DNA of 64,000 nucleotides from Oscillospiraceae bacterium (GTDB lineage Bacteria; Bacillota; Clostridia; Oscillospirales; CAG-272): the NCBI GenBank assembly GCA_015063685.1, contig SVTR01000014.1, forward strand, positions 2,717 through 66,716, read 5' to 3'. The translations under genes were made by a program, and so were the position numbers. Of the stretch, positions 27,380 to 38,138 are shown piece by piece (within the stretch, counting starts at the first letter, position 1; each line of letters starts with the position of its first letter). A model generated the notes under the pieces. It saw only the letters and a program-made list of their open reading frames with translations, had not been told where the DNA came from and made no database searches.

Positions 27380-27944
27380 ATGGATCGCTCAAAAACAACG
27401 GCCGTAGCTGCGTCCCGTCCATGGCAGCTTTCAAGGCGGGGATCACCTTCGAAAAATCCGCTACCAGAGAATGGGGCTTATGCTTGGGATCATCCTGATA
27501 CAGCGGAACGAAATAAACCTGCTTTCGGTTGAGTAGCGTGGCGATGTTCCCAAGATTGGCTGACATAGCGTCGTTGCTGGCCAATGCAATAACCAAGGGA
27601 CGGTCGGAGCGCAGATGAGCCTTGGCTGCCATGCAGACGGGGGTATCCGTAATGCCCCTTGAAAGCTTTGCCAGGGTGTTTCCCGTACAGGGACAGATCA
27701 CCAGCGCGTCCAAAGGTTGGGCAGGCCCCAAAGGCTCGGCTGCCTCTATGGTATGGATCACCTTGTGACCGCACAAATCCTCCGCTTGACGGATAAATTC
27801 CTCCGCGTGACCAAAGCGTGTATCCGTGCCATAAGTCATGTGGCTCATGATCGGCAACACGTCGTAGCTGTCACAAAGGGCTGCCAATATCTCCATGGAT
27901 CGGCGCAGAGTACAAAAGGAACCGCACATGGCGTAACCAATCAT
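27378..27944 (-). CDS. dpaB: Dipicolinate synthase subunit B
   Basis: 188-aa flavoprotein-fold protein (MIGYAMCGSFCT..., CPCTGNTLAKL) directly after dpaA with a 4-nt overlap. Confidence 0.85.
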   Translation of the reverse strand: MIGYAMCGSFCTLRRSMEILAALCDSYDVLPIMSHMTYGTDTRFGHAEEFIRQAEDLCGHKVIHTIEAAEPLGPAQPLDALVICPCTGNTLAKLSRGITDTPVCMAAKAHLRSDRPLVIALASNDAMSANLGNIATLLNRKQVYFVPLYQDDPKHKPHSLVADFSKVIPALKAAMDGTQLRPLFLSDP

Positions 27945-28969
27945 GGGATCACCTCCTTGTCACCCGTGTCGGAGCGCACAGCCTTTTCGACTGAGAGAAT
28001 ACAGTCCGCAATGGCGCGTCCCGCGTCCCACGGCGCATAGCGTCCCGGCAGGGAGGGGGCACGGACGATCTGCAGACCGCACCGTCTTGTGGCCTCTCTG
28101 GCGCCATCGGGATCCAATCCCCCCGGAGCCGATGCCAATTCAATAATCAGAGTATCGCAGGGCATCACGGTCAAAATCTCCTTGGAGATAATCCGCGCGG
28201 GCACCGTGTTAAAAATCACCCTGTACCCGTGACAAAGCCGGGAAACGTCCTCCGTATGCACCGCCCGACAACCCTGTGCCTCAGCCAAAGCCAAGCTCTC
28301 CCTTCTGCGCGCAAAAACCGTTACCTGACCGCCGAGAGCGGTTAGCAGCTGCGCCAGCAATTGTCCGATACGTCCGTAGCCCACCACGGCCAGGCGGGTG
28401 TTCAACAAAGCGGTATCCGTCAGCTCCATGGCTGTCATGACCGCGCCCTCAGCGGTCAAACGGGCATTTTTGATGAGAAAGCTTTCGTCATCCTCATAAT
28501 CCGTCACAGAGCATCCCCTTTGACGGAGTGATGCCGTCCACTCCGCGGGCAGACGCCCGCCGAACAGAGGAACCGAGGGATGCTCGGAAAGATACTTCCC
28601 CACCGCCTCCAGGGTGATGGTATGTTGGGTGTCCAAAGGACACGGAACCGTCAAGCCGTCCTTGGTGGAGGGATAGGGGAGCACCACTCCGTCACATCCT
28701 TCCAGCGTGCGCCTCAGATCATGGCATAGTCTGACTCCCTTTCCCAAAAGCCTGTATCCCGATCCCGGCACGCCGTTATCCTCCGCATCTCCCAGCCCCA
28801 TGATCCGAACACGATAGCCTGCCTCAACAAGGAAAGCAGACACGGCCAACTGTCTTGCGTCTCCGCCCAGCACCGAAAGGATCCTGTTTTTATCCCCACG
28901 GTCACAGCTTATTGAATAGGTCTCCGAGGACAGATTTCCTCCCTCGGGATCCTCGTTTATCCTGCACAT
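27941..28969 (-). CDS. dpaA: Dipicolinate synthase subunit A
   Basis: NAD-binding VVGYGRIGQLLAQLL. ATG at 28969 follows AAGGAGG. The upstream extension in the track ORF is not supported. Confidence 0.8.
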   Translation of the reverse strand: MCRINEDPEGGNLSSETYSISCDRGDKNRILSVLGGDARQLAVSAFLVEAGYRVRIMGLGDAEDNGVPGSGYRLLGKGVRLCHDLRRTLEGCDGVVLPYPSTKDGLTVPCPLDTQHTITLEAVGKYLSEHPSVPLFGGRLPAEWTASLRQRGCSVTDYEDDESFLIKNARLTAEGAVMTAMELTDTALLNTRLAVVGYGRIGQLLAQLLTALGGQVTVFARRRESLALAEAQGCRAVHTEDVSRLCHGYRVIFNTVPARIISKEILTVMPCDTLIIELASAPGGLDPDGAREATRRCGLQIVRAPSLPGRYAPWDAGRAIADCILSVEKAVRSDTGDKEVIP

Positions 28970-29074
28970 AAGTGTTTGCCTCCTTTCCCGGGGGCAACCT
29001 TTGGCAACCGCCCCCATACCATATGATATGCGTGCCGGAGCGGTGCGGTGCGGAGAATGTCGAAGAAGGTTGAT

Positions 29075-29155
29075 GGGAACCTCTAAAAACTCTATTGGCG
29101 AGCGAGCCGCAAGGGAGTTTTTCGTCAGATGATACAATGGTTTCGCCGTCAAGTT
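29075..29155 (+). mobile_element. MITE family 2, truncated copy (F)
   Basis: The left TIR GGGAACCTCTAAAAACTC and the internal TTTTTCGTCAGATGATACAAT ... CCGTCAAG match copy G. The right TIR is missing. Confidence 0.6.
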
Positions 29156-29262
29156 TGAAAAAACAAAAGATTTTGAGAGAATTTCTCCGCCCCCCCTTTT
29201 CAGCCAAGAAAAATTGTGGTATAATGGTAAAAACAGCGCGTTTCAAAGCAAAGGAGGATCCT

Positions 29263-30198
29263 ATGAGCGAAAAGTATTCCATTCCGCTGAAGAAGCTGGC
29301 CGAGGAATTTTCTCTGGAGGAGATCTGTATCCCCGGCAACTATGAGAACATTCTCGTCACCACCCCTGAGGTCAACCGTCCCGGATTGGCGCTGGCAGGC
29401 TTTTTTGATATTTTTGACAAAGCACGGCTCCAGCTTATCGGTTACGCAGAGCACTACTACCTTTCGGGACTTTCCTCCGCGGAGCGCTTGAAGCGCATCA
29501 CGGACTTTATCGAAGCTGAGCCCGTAGGTGTCATTTTCACTACGGGACAGACCGTTTTTGAAGAGCTCATGGAGGCGGCCACCAAGGTAGGCGTCCCCGT
29601 TCTCCGTACAGCCGAGCATACATCCCCCTTCATGGCCGCCCTCATTGCGTCCCTCAACACCCATCTGGCACCCCGCATCACCCGCCACGGCGTTCTGGTG
29701 GAGGTCTACGGTGAAGGTCTTCTGCTTCTGGGCGACAGCGGCGTTGGTAAGTCCGAGACTGCCATCGAGCTTGTTAAACGCGGCCACCGTCTCATCGCTG
29801 ACGACGCGGTGGATATCAAGCGCGTTTCTGCCAAGACTCTGGTAGGCTCCGCCCCTGAGATCATTCGCCACTACGTAGAGCTTCGCGGCATCGGCATCGT
29901 GGACGTGCGCCGCCTCTTCGGTATGGGTGCGGTCAAAATGACCGAGAAGATCGACCTGATCATCCACATGGAAAACTGGGTACAGGGCAAGATGTACGAC
30001 CGCCTGGGTCTGGACGAGGAGACCACCGAGATCCTGGGTCTCAAGATCCCCTCCATCACCATCCCCGTCAAGCCCGGCCGTAACCTGGCCATCATCCTGG
30101 AGATCGCCGCCATGAACAACCGTCAGAAGAAGATGGGCTACAATACCGCCGAGGAATTTAATAAAAAGCTCATGAGCCAGATCGGCGGCGAATTCTGA
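29263..30198 (+). CDS. hprK: HPr kinase/phosphorylase
   Basis: P-loop GDSGVGKSETAIELVKRGHRLIADD and the HprK signature ELRGIGI. AAGGAGG SD before the ATG at 29263. Confidence 0.9.
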   Translation: MSEKYSIPLKKLAEEFSLEEICIPGNYENILVTTPEVNRPGLALAGFFDIFDKARLQLIGYAEHYYLSGLSSAERLKRITDFIEAEPVGVIFTTGQTVFEELMEAATKVGVPVLRTAEHTSPFMAALIASLNTHLAPRITRHGVLVEVYGEGLLLLGDSGVGKSETAIELVKRGHRLIADDAVDIKRVSAKTLVGSAPEIIRHYVELRGIGIVDVRRLFGMGAVKMTEKIDLIIHMENWVQGKMYDRLGLDEETTEILGLKIPSITIPVKPGRNLAIILEIAAMNNRQKKMGYNTAEEFNKKLMSQIGGEF

Positions 30199-30929
30199 TG
30201 GCCAATACCGTCGGCACGGCCAAGCTATACCTTTCGGTACGGCCCGTTTTTCGGGAAGAGGATCTTTCCCTGTCAGAGCTGAAGGCAAGGGTGATCCAAA
30301 AACTCTCCGTCTGTGAGGAAAATAGCGCATACCTGGCACGATTGACCCCCCAAGGAGGGATTTCTTCGGTCATGTATCAGCGTTTGACCGCGCTTTGCTG
30401 TTTTTTGGATCTGTTGGACAAGGTGCTCCCCCGAGCTCTGCCCTTTTTGCGGCTCTGTCGGGATGAGCGTGGCCGTCCCTATGCCAAGTGTACAGACACT
30501 TCGGTGCCCTTCTTCGATTTCAATCTTTCTCACTCCGCCTACTGCGTGGCCTGTGCAATCCTCGTGGGAGAAGGACATGTGGGTATCGACATAGAGCCCC
30601 TCATTCCGTCAGACCGCGCCCCAAAAATTGCCGCTCGTTTCTTCTCAAAGAAGGAGCGGACGCATCTTGATACCATATGTGGCCCAGAAAGATACGCCAC
30701 AGCCGCCACAAGTCTCTGGACCGCCAAGGAAGCGCTATCCAAGCAGGACGGCCGAGGATCCCCTCAGTTGTTTGACAGCTTTGCCGTCCATCCCGACATC
30801 ACCCTGTTGCAAGGACAAATTTCGGCGGACGAATCAGTACCCTGTGTCCATCAACTGACCATAGCTGTTCCCACAGGTATTACCCTTCTCCCGGAGGCCG
30901 CCTTCGGATTGCCTGTGAGCTTCACGTGA
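30198..30929 (+). CDS. 4'-phosphopantetheinyl transferase (Sfp-type)
   Basis: FNLSHS, GIDIE and WTAKEALSK motifs. ATGA overlap with the hprK stop. Confidence 0.75.
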   Translation: MANTVGTAKLYLSVRPVFREEDLSLSELKARVIQKLSVCEENSAYLARLTPQGGISSVMYQRLTALCCFLDLLDKVLPRALPFLRLCRDERGRPYAKCTDTSVPFFDFNLSHSAYCVACAILVGEGHVGIDIEPLIPSDRAPKIAARFFSKKERTHLDTICGPERYATAATSLWTAKEALSKQDGRGSPQLFDSFAVHPDITLLQGQISADESVPCVHQLTIAVPTGITLLPEAAFGLPVSFT

Positions 30930-30937
30930 GGTAGCTT

Positions 30938-31888
30938 ATGGCATCGACTTATATCACCCCAAATCATCGAAAATACGTCACCCCGCGTCAGCGCAGAGCT
31001 ATCCTTCTGCTACTCGCTCGGGAGGGCGCGGCCACCCAAAAGCGGCTTTCTGAGGTGCTGGGGAGCAGCCGTATGACGGCCACACGCATGGCCGATCAGC
31101 TCTTGTCAGAAGGACTTCTGCAAGCAAAGCACGCCTCCGATCCTGTCACCGGCCGTAAGAGCTTGGTCTATATCCCGGCAGAGGAGGCGCCGCTGCTGCT
31201 TTTGTGCGCCGATTGTAACGAGTTGACCATGAGTGCCCTTTACTGCGACGGTACGCGATGGCAAGGGATTCGTGTCCCCTATCGGTTTTCTCTGGATGTC
31301 GCTGAAAACCAAGCCGCTCTTTATCGCGCGGCCAAGCAGATGTGGCCCCAAATCGAGGAGCCGTCTGTCAGAGTGATCCATTGCGGACATACGGACAACA
31401 CCTCTCTCCCGGCGGGTCACACGATGCTGGAGGTCAGCAAGACCTTCGCCGCGGCCTGTGGGCTATACTACTTTCCCGAGCTCGCGGATCTGCGCACCGT
31501 CCTTCACATACAGGCAGATACCACGGTTTCGGTCACACTTTTTGTCCGAGAGACCACCGATGATCCCTGGTTTGCGGTAAGAGAGGGACCGGCTATCTGT
31601 GATATGGCCGTGGATCCGACCCAAACGCCCGAACAGATCTGCTCAGGTCTTCGCGCTTCTCTGAAAAACCTCTGCGCTTTCATCACCCCCGACGTGGTGA
31701 TCCTGGAGCTCCCACAAGCATACGACGGCAAGCCCGTCTCCCATACTACCCTGCACAAGCTATTACCCATAAATCTTCCCTCGGATAATCCAAACGCCCA
31801 TCCTATGATTTGCCTCCTGCGAAACGGATCCCCTCTGTGGGCGATTGGCCTTTGGGATATGCTCCGTGAGGAGCGCTGGACAGAATAA
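30938..31888 (+). CDS. Hypothetical protein with an N-terminal winged-helix (MarR/ROK-like) domain
   Basis: RQRRAILLLLAREGAATQKRLSEVLGSSRMTATRMADQLLSEGLL, then ~230 aa without recognisable sugar-kinase motifs. Confidence 0.45.
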   Translation: MASTYITPNHRKYVTPRQRRAILLLLAREGAATQKRLSEVLGSSRMTATRMADQLLSEGLLQAKHASDPVTGRKSLVYIPAEEAPLLLLCADCNELTMSALYCDGTRWQGIRVPYRFSLDVAENQAALYRAAKQMWPQIEEPSVRVIHCGHTDNTSLPAGHTMLEVSKTFAAACGLYYFPELADLRTVLHIQADTTVSVTLFVRETTDDPWFAVREGPAICDMAVDPTQTPEQICSGLRASLKNLCAFITPDVVILELPQAYDGKPVSHTTLHKLLPINLPSDNPNAHPMICLLRNGSPLWAIGLWDMLREERWTE

Positions 31889-31936
31889 CACCTCCACAGT
31901 GCCCTGATTTAACAGGTCACCGTGGAGGTGCTTTTA
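31889..31936 (+). terminator. Intrinsic terminator
   Basis: CACCTCCAC (31889..31897) / GTGGAGGTG (31922..31930) followed by CTTTT. Confidence 0.65.
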
Positions 31937-32003
31937 TTGGTCATTTCTGAATACACGGCGCGCGGTCGTTTTCCGCAAAGCCTGGTCAAAGATACTCGAC
32001 AAT

Positions 32004-32534
32004 TTATTCGATGATCATCTGGCAGGTTTTCATGGCCTGCAGGGCACGGTCATGACTTTCGGGAGAAACCCCGGCACAACAGGCGGCGTCTATGGCCACG
32101 TCGATCTCAGGCAGCGCGGCCTTAATGAGCATGGCATTGGAGATGACGCAGATATCGGTACAAACGCCGATAAGGGTCACCCGTTGGATAGGCTCACCGC
32201 TATGATAACCAACCAGACGTGCCGACAGCTCGGTGGAGCCGAAGGTGGGCTTATCTATGATCTCCACGTCGGTTTTGTCCTGAGCAGCCGCCCACACCTC
32301 ATCCTTGATTTCCCAGCCCTTGGTGCCCTTGATACAATGAGGCACGGGGAGATATTTCCCTTCCCGCGTCTCCATGTAATCGTCTTCATGGGTATCTCGG
32401 GTAAAGATGATCTTACCCTCGTGATTTTTGATCTTGTCCGCCACGGCAGGCAGGATAGCAACGGCCTCGGGAGACCCCAAAGCACCGTCTACAAAATCAT
32501 TTTGCATGTCAACAACAATCAATACGTGCTTCAT
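32004..32534 (-). CDS. Isochorismatase-family cysteine hydrolase (nicotinamidase-like)
   Basis: VVDMQNDF and catalytic Cys context IGVCTDICV. ATG at 32534 is 5 nt after GGAGG. Confidence 0.8.
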   Translation of the reverse strand: MKHVLIVVDMQNDFVDGALGSPEAVAILPAVADKIKNHEGKIIFTRDTHEDDYMETREGKYLPVPHCIKGTKGWEIKDEVWAAAQDKTDVEIIDKPTFGSTELSARLVGYHSGEPIQRVTLIGVCTDICVISNAMLIKAALPEIDVAIDAACCAGVSPESHDRALQAMKTCQMIIE

Positions 32535-32691
32535 AATAACCTCCATTCAGCCACCACCGGCGGCCCAAATACACTTCGAAATTCTACCGTGTCGCTCACA
32601 GCGACAAAAATGGGTTGGGTCCCATTTTTAGGGAGAATTAGGCGTGAAACAGTTGACTTGGGTTTCTGATCTCCGAACTTTCACGCGCTCC

Positions 32692-33543
32692 TCACAAGGA
32701 CGACTTTGCCGCCCGCAGGGTGTTCTGCATAAGCATGGTGATGGTCATGGGGCCAACACCGCCGGGGACGGGGGTGATATAGGAGGCCACGGGCTCCACC
32801 GAGGCGTAGTCCACATCGCCGCAAAGCTTATTGTCAGAGGGACGGCGGTTCATACCCACGTCGATGACCACGGCACCCTCCTTCACCATGTCGGCGGTAA
32901 AGAATTCGGGCTTGCCAATGGCGGCCACCAGAATATCGGCGCGCCGAGTGGTCTCGGAGAGGTTCTTGGTGCGGCTATGGCAGATAGTCACAGTACCGTT
33001 GGCCTGAAGCAGGAGCATGGCCATGGGCTTGCCAACGATGTTGGAGCGTCCCACCACCACGCACTCCTTGCCGTTGACCTCCACGCCGCTGCGCTTCAGC
33101 AGCTCCATGACACCCGCGGGGGTGCAAGGCAGATAGTTGTAATCTCCGATCATAATGCGGCCCACGTTGTAGGGATGGAAGGCGTCCACGTCCTTTTCGG
33201 GACGGATGCGGAGCAGGATGCGTTGCTCGTCAAGGTGGCGAGGCAGGGGGAGCTGGACGAGAATGCCGTGGATCCTGGGATCGGCGTTGAGCTTGTCCAC
33301 CAAGGCCTCCAGCTCCTCTTGTGTCGTCTCCTCAGGCAACTCGTAGGCCTCGGAGTAAAAGCCCACCTCAGTACAAGCCTTGCGCTTGTTGCGAACGTAG
33401 ACCTGAGATGCGGGATCGGTACCCACGATGACCACGGCCAGACCGGGGGTCACACCGGTCTCTTCAATAAACGCCTTGGTCTCCTCTGTAATCTCGGCTC
33501 TCACAGCCGCCGAGATGGCTTTGCCATCAATGATTTTTGCCAT
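32692..33543 (-). CDS. folD: Bifunctional methylenetetrahydrofolate dehydrogenase/cyclohydrolase
   Basis: 283 aa with characteristic [22 protein letters not shown] and [11 protein letters not shown]. Confidence 0.9.
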   Translation of the reverse strand: MAKIIDGKAISAAVRAEITEETKAFIEETGVTPGLAVVIVGTDPASQVYVRNKRKACTEVGFYSEAYELPEETTQEELEALVDKLNADPRIHGILVQLPLPRHLDEQRILLRIRPEKDVDAFHPYNVGRIMIGDYNYLPCTPAGVMELLKRSGVEVNGKECVVVGRSNIVGKPMAMLLLQANGTVTICHSRTKNLSETTRRADILVAAIGKPEFFTADMVKEGAVVIDVGMNRRPSDNKLCGDVDYASVEPVASYITPVPGGVGPMTITMLMQNTLRAAKSSL

Positions 33544-33544
33544 A

Positions 33545-34609
33545 TTAGGATTCCTCGCTTTCTTGGGATTGATTATCAGTTACTTCGTCAGGAATAGACG
33601 TTTTTTCGTCAGGATCTTCTTTCAAAGCGTCACCGGGGGTGTCCTCATCCGGGGTACTCTCTTCCTCGGATACGCCGCCGAAGACGTTCTCATAGGCATC
33701 CCCCTCATCTGTCTCGATCTTGGTCTCACCCTCAACCGTCAGAGGTGCGGGGGGAGCTATCAGCAGGCCTCCAAACAGGCCGTCCAGCTTGCCCTTACCC
33801 TTGAGCAGCAATCCTGCCACCAAAAGGCCGCCTGCCACCGCGAAGCACACCGCACCCACCACCTGGGAAATGCGGAAGGAGCCCACGTAGAGGCTATCCG
33901 TGCGCAAGCCTTCGATGAACATCCGTCCGAAGCCGTACCATGCCAGATACATGAGGGCGTTCTGACCGTTAAACTTCTTTTTCTTGTAAAGAACCGTGAT
34001 GATCACAAAGCCCAGAATATTCCAGAGAGATTCGTAGAGGAAGGTGGGGTGATAATACTTCATTTGGTTACCTGCAAAGTCCGACATCACGCCCATACGC
34101 AAAAAGTACAACGGGCTGGACTCAGCCACCTCGTAACCGAAGGCCTCACCGTTGGCAAAATTGCCCCAACGTCCAATGGCCTGGGCCAGCATGACACCGG
34201 GTCCCACCATGTCCAGCACGCGGAAAACGTTGATCTTTTTGATCAAGCTGACCACCACCAGCGCCAAGCCGCCGGCAATGATGCCGCCGTAAATGGCAAG
34301 GCCTCCGTCCCAGATGGCAATGACGTCAACAAAGGAGTCGTAATGATGGGTGTTCAAGGTGGTCAGGACGTAGTACAGACGGGCACCGAGGACACCGAAA
34401 AGCACGATATAGATGGTCAGATCCAAAAGGTCGTCCACCTTGATCCCTTCCCGCTTGGAACGGATATAGGCGTGGAGCACAGCGGCAATCACTCCCAGCA
34501 TGATGATAACGCCGTACCAATAGATATCTTTTCCAAACAACGAAAAGGCTACGCGGGAAAAGGAAATTTCATAGATCCCAAGACCGGGAAAGGAAACTGT
34601 GGTATTCAT
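33545..34609 (-). CDS. lgt: Prolipoprotein diacylglyceryl transferase with an acidic C-terminal extension
   Basis: Lgt signature [13 protein letters not shown] and multiple TM helices. ~80-aa D/E-rich tail. Confidence 0.85.
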   Translation of the reverse strand: MNTTVSFPGLGIYEISFSRVAFSLFGKDIYWYGVIIMLGVIAAVLHAYIRSKREGIKVDDLLDLTIYIVLFGVLGARLYYVLTTLNTHHYDSFVDVIAIWDGGLAIYGGIIAGGLALVVVSLIKKINVFRVLDMVGPGVMLAQAIGRWGNFANGEAFGYEVAESSPLYFLRMGVMSDFAGNQMKYYHPTFLYESLWNILGFVIITVLYKKKKFNGQNALMYLAWYGFGRMFIEGLRTDSLYVGSFRISQVVGAVCFAVAGGLLVAGLLLKGKGKLDGLFGGLLIAPPAPLTVEGETKIETDEGDAYENVFGGVSEEESTPDEDTPGDALKEDPDEKTSIPDEVTDNQSQESEES

Positions 34610-34625
34610 GATTTTTCTCCTTCAT

Positions 34626-35939
34626 TCAGGAATTTTCTTGTGGGGTCTCCAAGGGAGCTACCACCGAGAGAACAAACTGATCTTCGATGAAGGTCTCGTC
34701 AAGCAGCGCCGTGATCTCCTCTAAGGTGATGCTTGTCACCGTGGGAATGAAGTCAAAGAGATCAACGCCGTCCATGGCATAGGTCAGAAGAGACTGGGCG
34801 ATATCCTCGGTGTTGTCAAAGCCCGTGACGTAATCGGCGTAAAGGATGCGGCGGCTTCGCTCGAAGTCCTCCCGACACAGCCCTCGGGTTTTCACCCTTT
34901 GGATATAATCGCAAAACGCCCGATAGATCTCCTCGGGATGATCTCCCTCACCTGAGACGGCAAAGTAGCCGTATCCGCGGCCGATGGATGAGCCGTAGGC
35001 GTAGGTGGGGGTGATCCGTTCACCCTCGAAGAGCTGACTGTAAAAGTCTCCTGATCGGGAAAAGAGCATCTCCGAAAGAATAGTCATGGCAAGGTCCCGT
35101 CTGAACAGCGCCTGAGGATCGGTGGGGACATGCCCATCCTTCACTCCGATACAAAACAGGGGCTTTGTGACCTGCATCCGTGTTTCGGTATACCCTCGGT
35201 GGGGCAACGTAGGCTCTTCATATTCGGTCACCTGAGGCAAGGGCATATGCGTTTGCCAGTCCCCAAGCCATGCATCCGCCACGGCCATGACCGTCTCCGC
35301 ACTTACGTTGCCCGCTACCGCCAGGATCATCCGCTCCGGGCGATAAAAGGCTTGATAGTGCGCCTTCAGGAGCTTGGGAGTAATATGGGAAATGGCCGCT
35401 TCGGTACCGCAGATCTCCTCACGCACCCGATGCAGGCCATACATGGCGCGAAGCAGCTCTCCATAGCACCGCTCGAAGGGGCTGTCGTCATTCATACGGA
35501 TCTCCTCGGCAATGATATGCCGCTCACGGTTCACAGAGCCATTGGTCACGTGAAGCCGGGACACCAGCCGAAAAAGCTCAGCCAGCGCCTCCTCAAAGCG
35601 TTGGGTGCAGGAGATATAGTAGACCGTTCGGTCATAGGAGGTATAGGCATTGACCTCGGCCCCCAGCTCGGCAAAACGAAGATCGCAGGAGGTGCCGTCG
35701 GCCTCTTCAAACATCTTATGCTCCAGAAAATGGGCGATACCCAGGGGCGTCTTGTCTCCTGTGGGAAAGCCGCGAGACAGGTGCTTCGGGGTGTCGGCAG
35801 CGCCGTACTGTACCCCCAGCATAGCATAAGCCGTTTCCATCTCCTTGGGGCAGATCAAAATCCGAAGCCCGCTTTCATGGGTCAAGAGCTCGTAGGTCTC
35901 ACCCAAAAGCTCCGACGTAAACAGGCGTTTATCCTTCAT
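34626..35939 (-). CDS. M16-family zinc peptidase (active-site subunit)
   Basis: Inverted zinc motif HFLEHKMFE (HxxEH). ATG at 35939 overlaps the upstream gene stop by 11 nt. Confidence 0.8.
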   Translation of the reverse strand: MKDKRLFTSELLGETYELLTHESGLRILICPKEMETAYAMLGVQYGAADTPKHLSRGFPTGDKTPLGIAHFLEHKMFEEADGTSCDLRFAELGAEVNAYTSYDRTVYYISCTQRFEEALAELFRLVSRLHVTNGSVNRERHIIAEEIRMNDDSPFERCYGELLRAMYGLHRVREEICGTEAAISHITPKLLKAHYQAFYRPERMILAVAGNVSAETVMAVADAWLGDWQTHMPLPQVTEYEEPTLPHRGYTETRMQVTKPLFCIGVKDGHVPTDPQALFRRDLAMTILSEMLFSRSGDFYSQLFEGERITPTYAYGSSIGRGYGYFAVSGEGDHPEEIYRAFCDYIQRVKTRGLCREDFERSRRILYADYVTGFDNTEDIAQSLLTYAMDGVDLFDFIPTVTSITLEEITALLDETFIEDQFVLSVVAPLETPQENS

Positions 35940-37263
35940 CGTCGTCCACCTCCTCGGAGGGTCGCTCGGCATTCAAAAAGTAGACTGTATCCAACACAAA
36001 GTGGTTGGCGACCCTCACCACGTCCTCGGCGGTTACCTTCAAAAAGCGGTTGAGCCGATCTTCGGGCAGGATACACTTTTCGGGATCGTCCGACCAGAAC
36101 CAGTAAGACTCCATGGCGGCAGGACTGTCGGGAAGCTGGCGGTAGCTATTCTTCAAAGAGATCTTGGCAAGCCTCAGATCCTCCGGATCAAGCTGCCCCT
36201 TCTGAATATGGGACAGCACAGAGAGGATCGCCTCCTCTGCCCCTCGGCGGTGACGGGGATGGATCCCAGATGTCACCGATAAAATGCCCTTCTTCCCTTC
36301 AAAGGCAGCGTCGCAGTAATAGCATAACCCCAGCTCCTCTCGGACAAATCGGAACAAGAGAGAGCTTTGCATGATACCGAAAAGCTCGGAAAGCACTACC
36401 GCGGCGGCATAATCGTCACGCTCACCGTCTGCGGGAGTATGATCCGTTAACCCCGACGACCAAGCCATGCAAAGCTTGCCCTGCCCTACGGGGAAGGTCT
36501 CCTCCACACGGCGGGGGCACGCGGGAGGAATGTGAGGTTTGGACTGTGATAAAGTCAACGGCGCAGGCTTGAAATGGTCAAAAGCAGCTTTGAAGGTCTC
36601 TGCCACCCTTTCGGGATTCTCGCTGCCCACATAGTAGACCTCCCACCGCGCACGGGAAAGACGGTCACGAAGCAGATCGGTCACGCCCTCAGCCGTTGCG
36701 GCTTGGATCTGGGGAATTTTGCCGGAGAGAGACAAGCCAAAGGGCTCGTCCTCACACATGATTTGTCGGAGGCGGGTAGTGGCGTAGGAGCGGGTATCGT
36801 TGATCTCGGCACGAATGCCATCGATCAGGGCTTTTTTCTCTGCCGCCACCGTGTCTGCCCGCAAAAGCCCTTTTTCATCGGTGAGGGGATGCAACAGCAT
36901 GTCTGCCAGAAGCTCCATGGTCTCCTTCAGGATGTGGGGGCAGTCATCGGGAAGCACGTATGCATCAGCCAGCATTTCAACCGTCAGACTCAACACGTGA
37001 TTATCCCCTCGGAGGAAATTCCGCAGGGTCAGCGTGGTACCGTACAGATCATCCAACCGTCGGTTGATGAGAGCCAGTCGAGGGTATTTCTCACTTCCTC
37101 GGCGCAAAATGCCAAACAGAAGTGTTCCCAGGGGAGACTTGTTTTCATCGGCAGGGGTCATGGTATAGATGCTCAGCCTGGCGGTCTTGAAGCGTTGGGT
37201 TTTGATGGCGTATAGTGTCACGGCATCCGAGATGGGGATGCGGACAGGGATAGGAGTATTCAT
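35929..37263 (-). CDS. M16-family peptidase-like protein (no HxxEH; probable non-catalytic partner)
   Basis: M16 two-domain length and pattern, but GILRRG occupies the zinc-motif position. The ATG at 37263 lies 1 nt beyond the mazG stop codon (TGA 37267..37265). Confidence 0.7.
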   Translation of the reverse strand: MNTPIPVRIPISDAVTLYAIKTQRFKTARLSIYTMTPADENKSPLGTLLFGILRRGSEKYPRLALINRRLDDLYGTTLTLRNFLRGDNHVLSLTVEMLADAYVLPDDCPHILKETMELLADMLLHPLTDEKGLLRADTVAAEKKALIDGIRAEINDTRSYATTRLRQIMCEDEPFGLSLSGKIPQIQAATAEGVTDLLRDRLSRARWEVYYVGSENPERVAETFKAAFDHFKPAPLTLSQSKPHIPPACPRRVEETFPVGQGKLCMAWSSGLTDHTPADGERDDYAAAVVLSELFGIMQSSLLFRFVREELGLCYYCDAAFEGKKGILSVTSGIHPRHRRGAEEAILSVLSHIQKGQLDPEDLRLAKISLKNSYRQLPDSPAAMESYWFWSDDPEKCILPEDRLNRFLKVTAEDVVRVANHFVLDTVYFLNAERPSEEVDDDEG

Positions 37264-37264
37264 A

Positions 37265-38086
37265 TCAGGTGTGCTTGATCTCGTCCCAAATGGCATCCAA
37301 CTGGGGCATGGTGAGATCCTCCATGGTCAGTCCCCTATCGAGGACGGCGTTCTCCACCTTTTCAAAGCGACCAATGAACTTATCGGTGGCGTGGAACAAA
37401 GATTCCTCGGCGTCCACACCCAGCTTGCGGGCCAGGCTGGTGACGGTGAGAAGCAGATCTCCCATCTCCTCGGACACAGCAGCCTTGTCTCCCGACGCGG
37501 CGGCGGCCTTTACCTCGGCGATCTCCTCGTCCAGCTTCTTCCACACCTCATCGGCGTTGGCAAAATCAAAGCAGGCGGCCTTCTTTCCCACCTTCTGGGC
37601 GCGCATGAGGGCGGGCTCCATGGGGGGGATGGCACGGAGCTTATCTGTCATGGTGACGCGGTGCTTTTCCTCGCCCTTGATCTTGTCCCAGTTTTTCAGC
37701 ACCTCGGCGCTGTCGGCCACCTCTAAGGTGCCGAATACGTGAGGATGGCGATGGATGAGCTTCTGACAGATGTCATTGGCCACCTCATCCATGGAAAAGC
37801 GTCCTTCCTCCTCCTCAATGCGGGCGTGGAACACCACCTGGAGCAGCACGTCACCCAGTTCTTCCCGAAGGAGGGTGGGATTTTCGGTATCGATGGCCTC
37901 GATAACCTCGTAAGTCTCTTCAATAAAGTCCCGACGGATGGAGGCATGGGTCTGCTCCATATCCCAGGGACAGCCGCCCTCGGCGCGCAGGAGTGCCACC
38001 ACCAGACAAAGATCCTCATAGGTGTAGGTACCGGGAGTTTTGGTCAAAAGATAATTGACTTTTTCTTCTCTGTTTTGAATGTTCAT
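37265..38086 (-). CDS. mazG: MazG-family nucleoside triphosphate pyrophosphohydrolase (tandem MazG domains)
   Basis: EETYEVIEAID and ELGDVLLQVVFHA, with a second-domain repeat. ATG at 38086. The track ORF N-terminal extension to 38479 reads through repeat array 3. Confidence 0.85.
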   Translation of the reverse strand: MNIQNREEKVNYLLTKTPGTYTYEDLCLVVALLRAEGGCPWDMEQTHASIRRDFIEETYEVIEAIDTENPTLLREELGDVLLQVVFHARIEEEEGRFSMDEVANDICQKLIHRHPHVFGTLEVADSAEVLKNWDKIKGEEKHRVTMTDKLRAIPPMEPALMRAQKVGKKAACFDFANADEVWKKLDEEIAEVKAAAASGDKAAVSEEMGDLLLTVTSLARKLGVDAEESLFHATDKFIGRFEKVENAVLDRGLTMEDLTMPQLDAIWDEIKHT

Positions 38087-38138
38087 GGGTACATCCTTTA
38101 TGTTAGAATTAGTTTTATATTTATTATACATATTTTTG

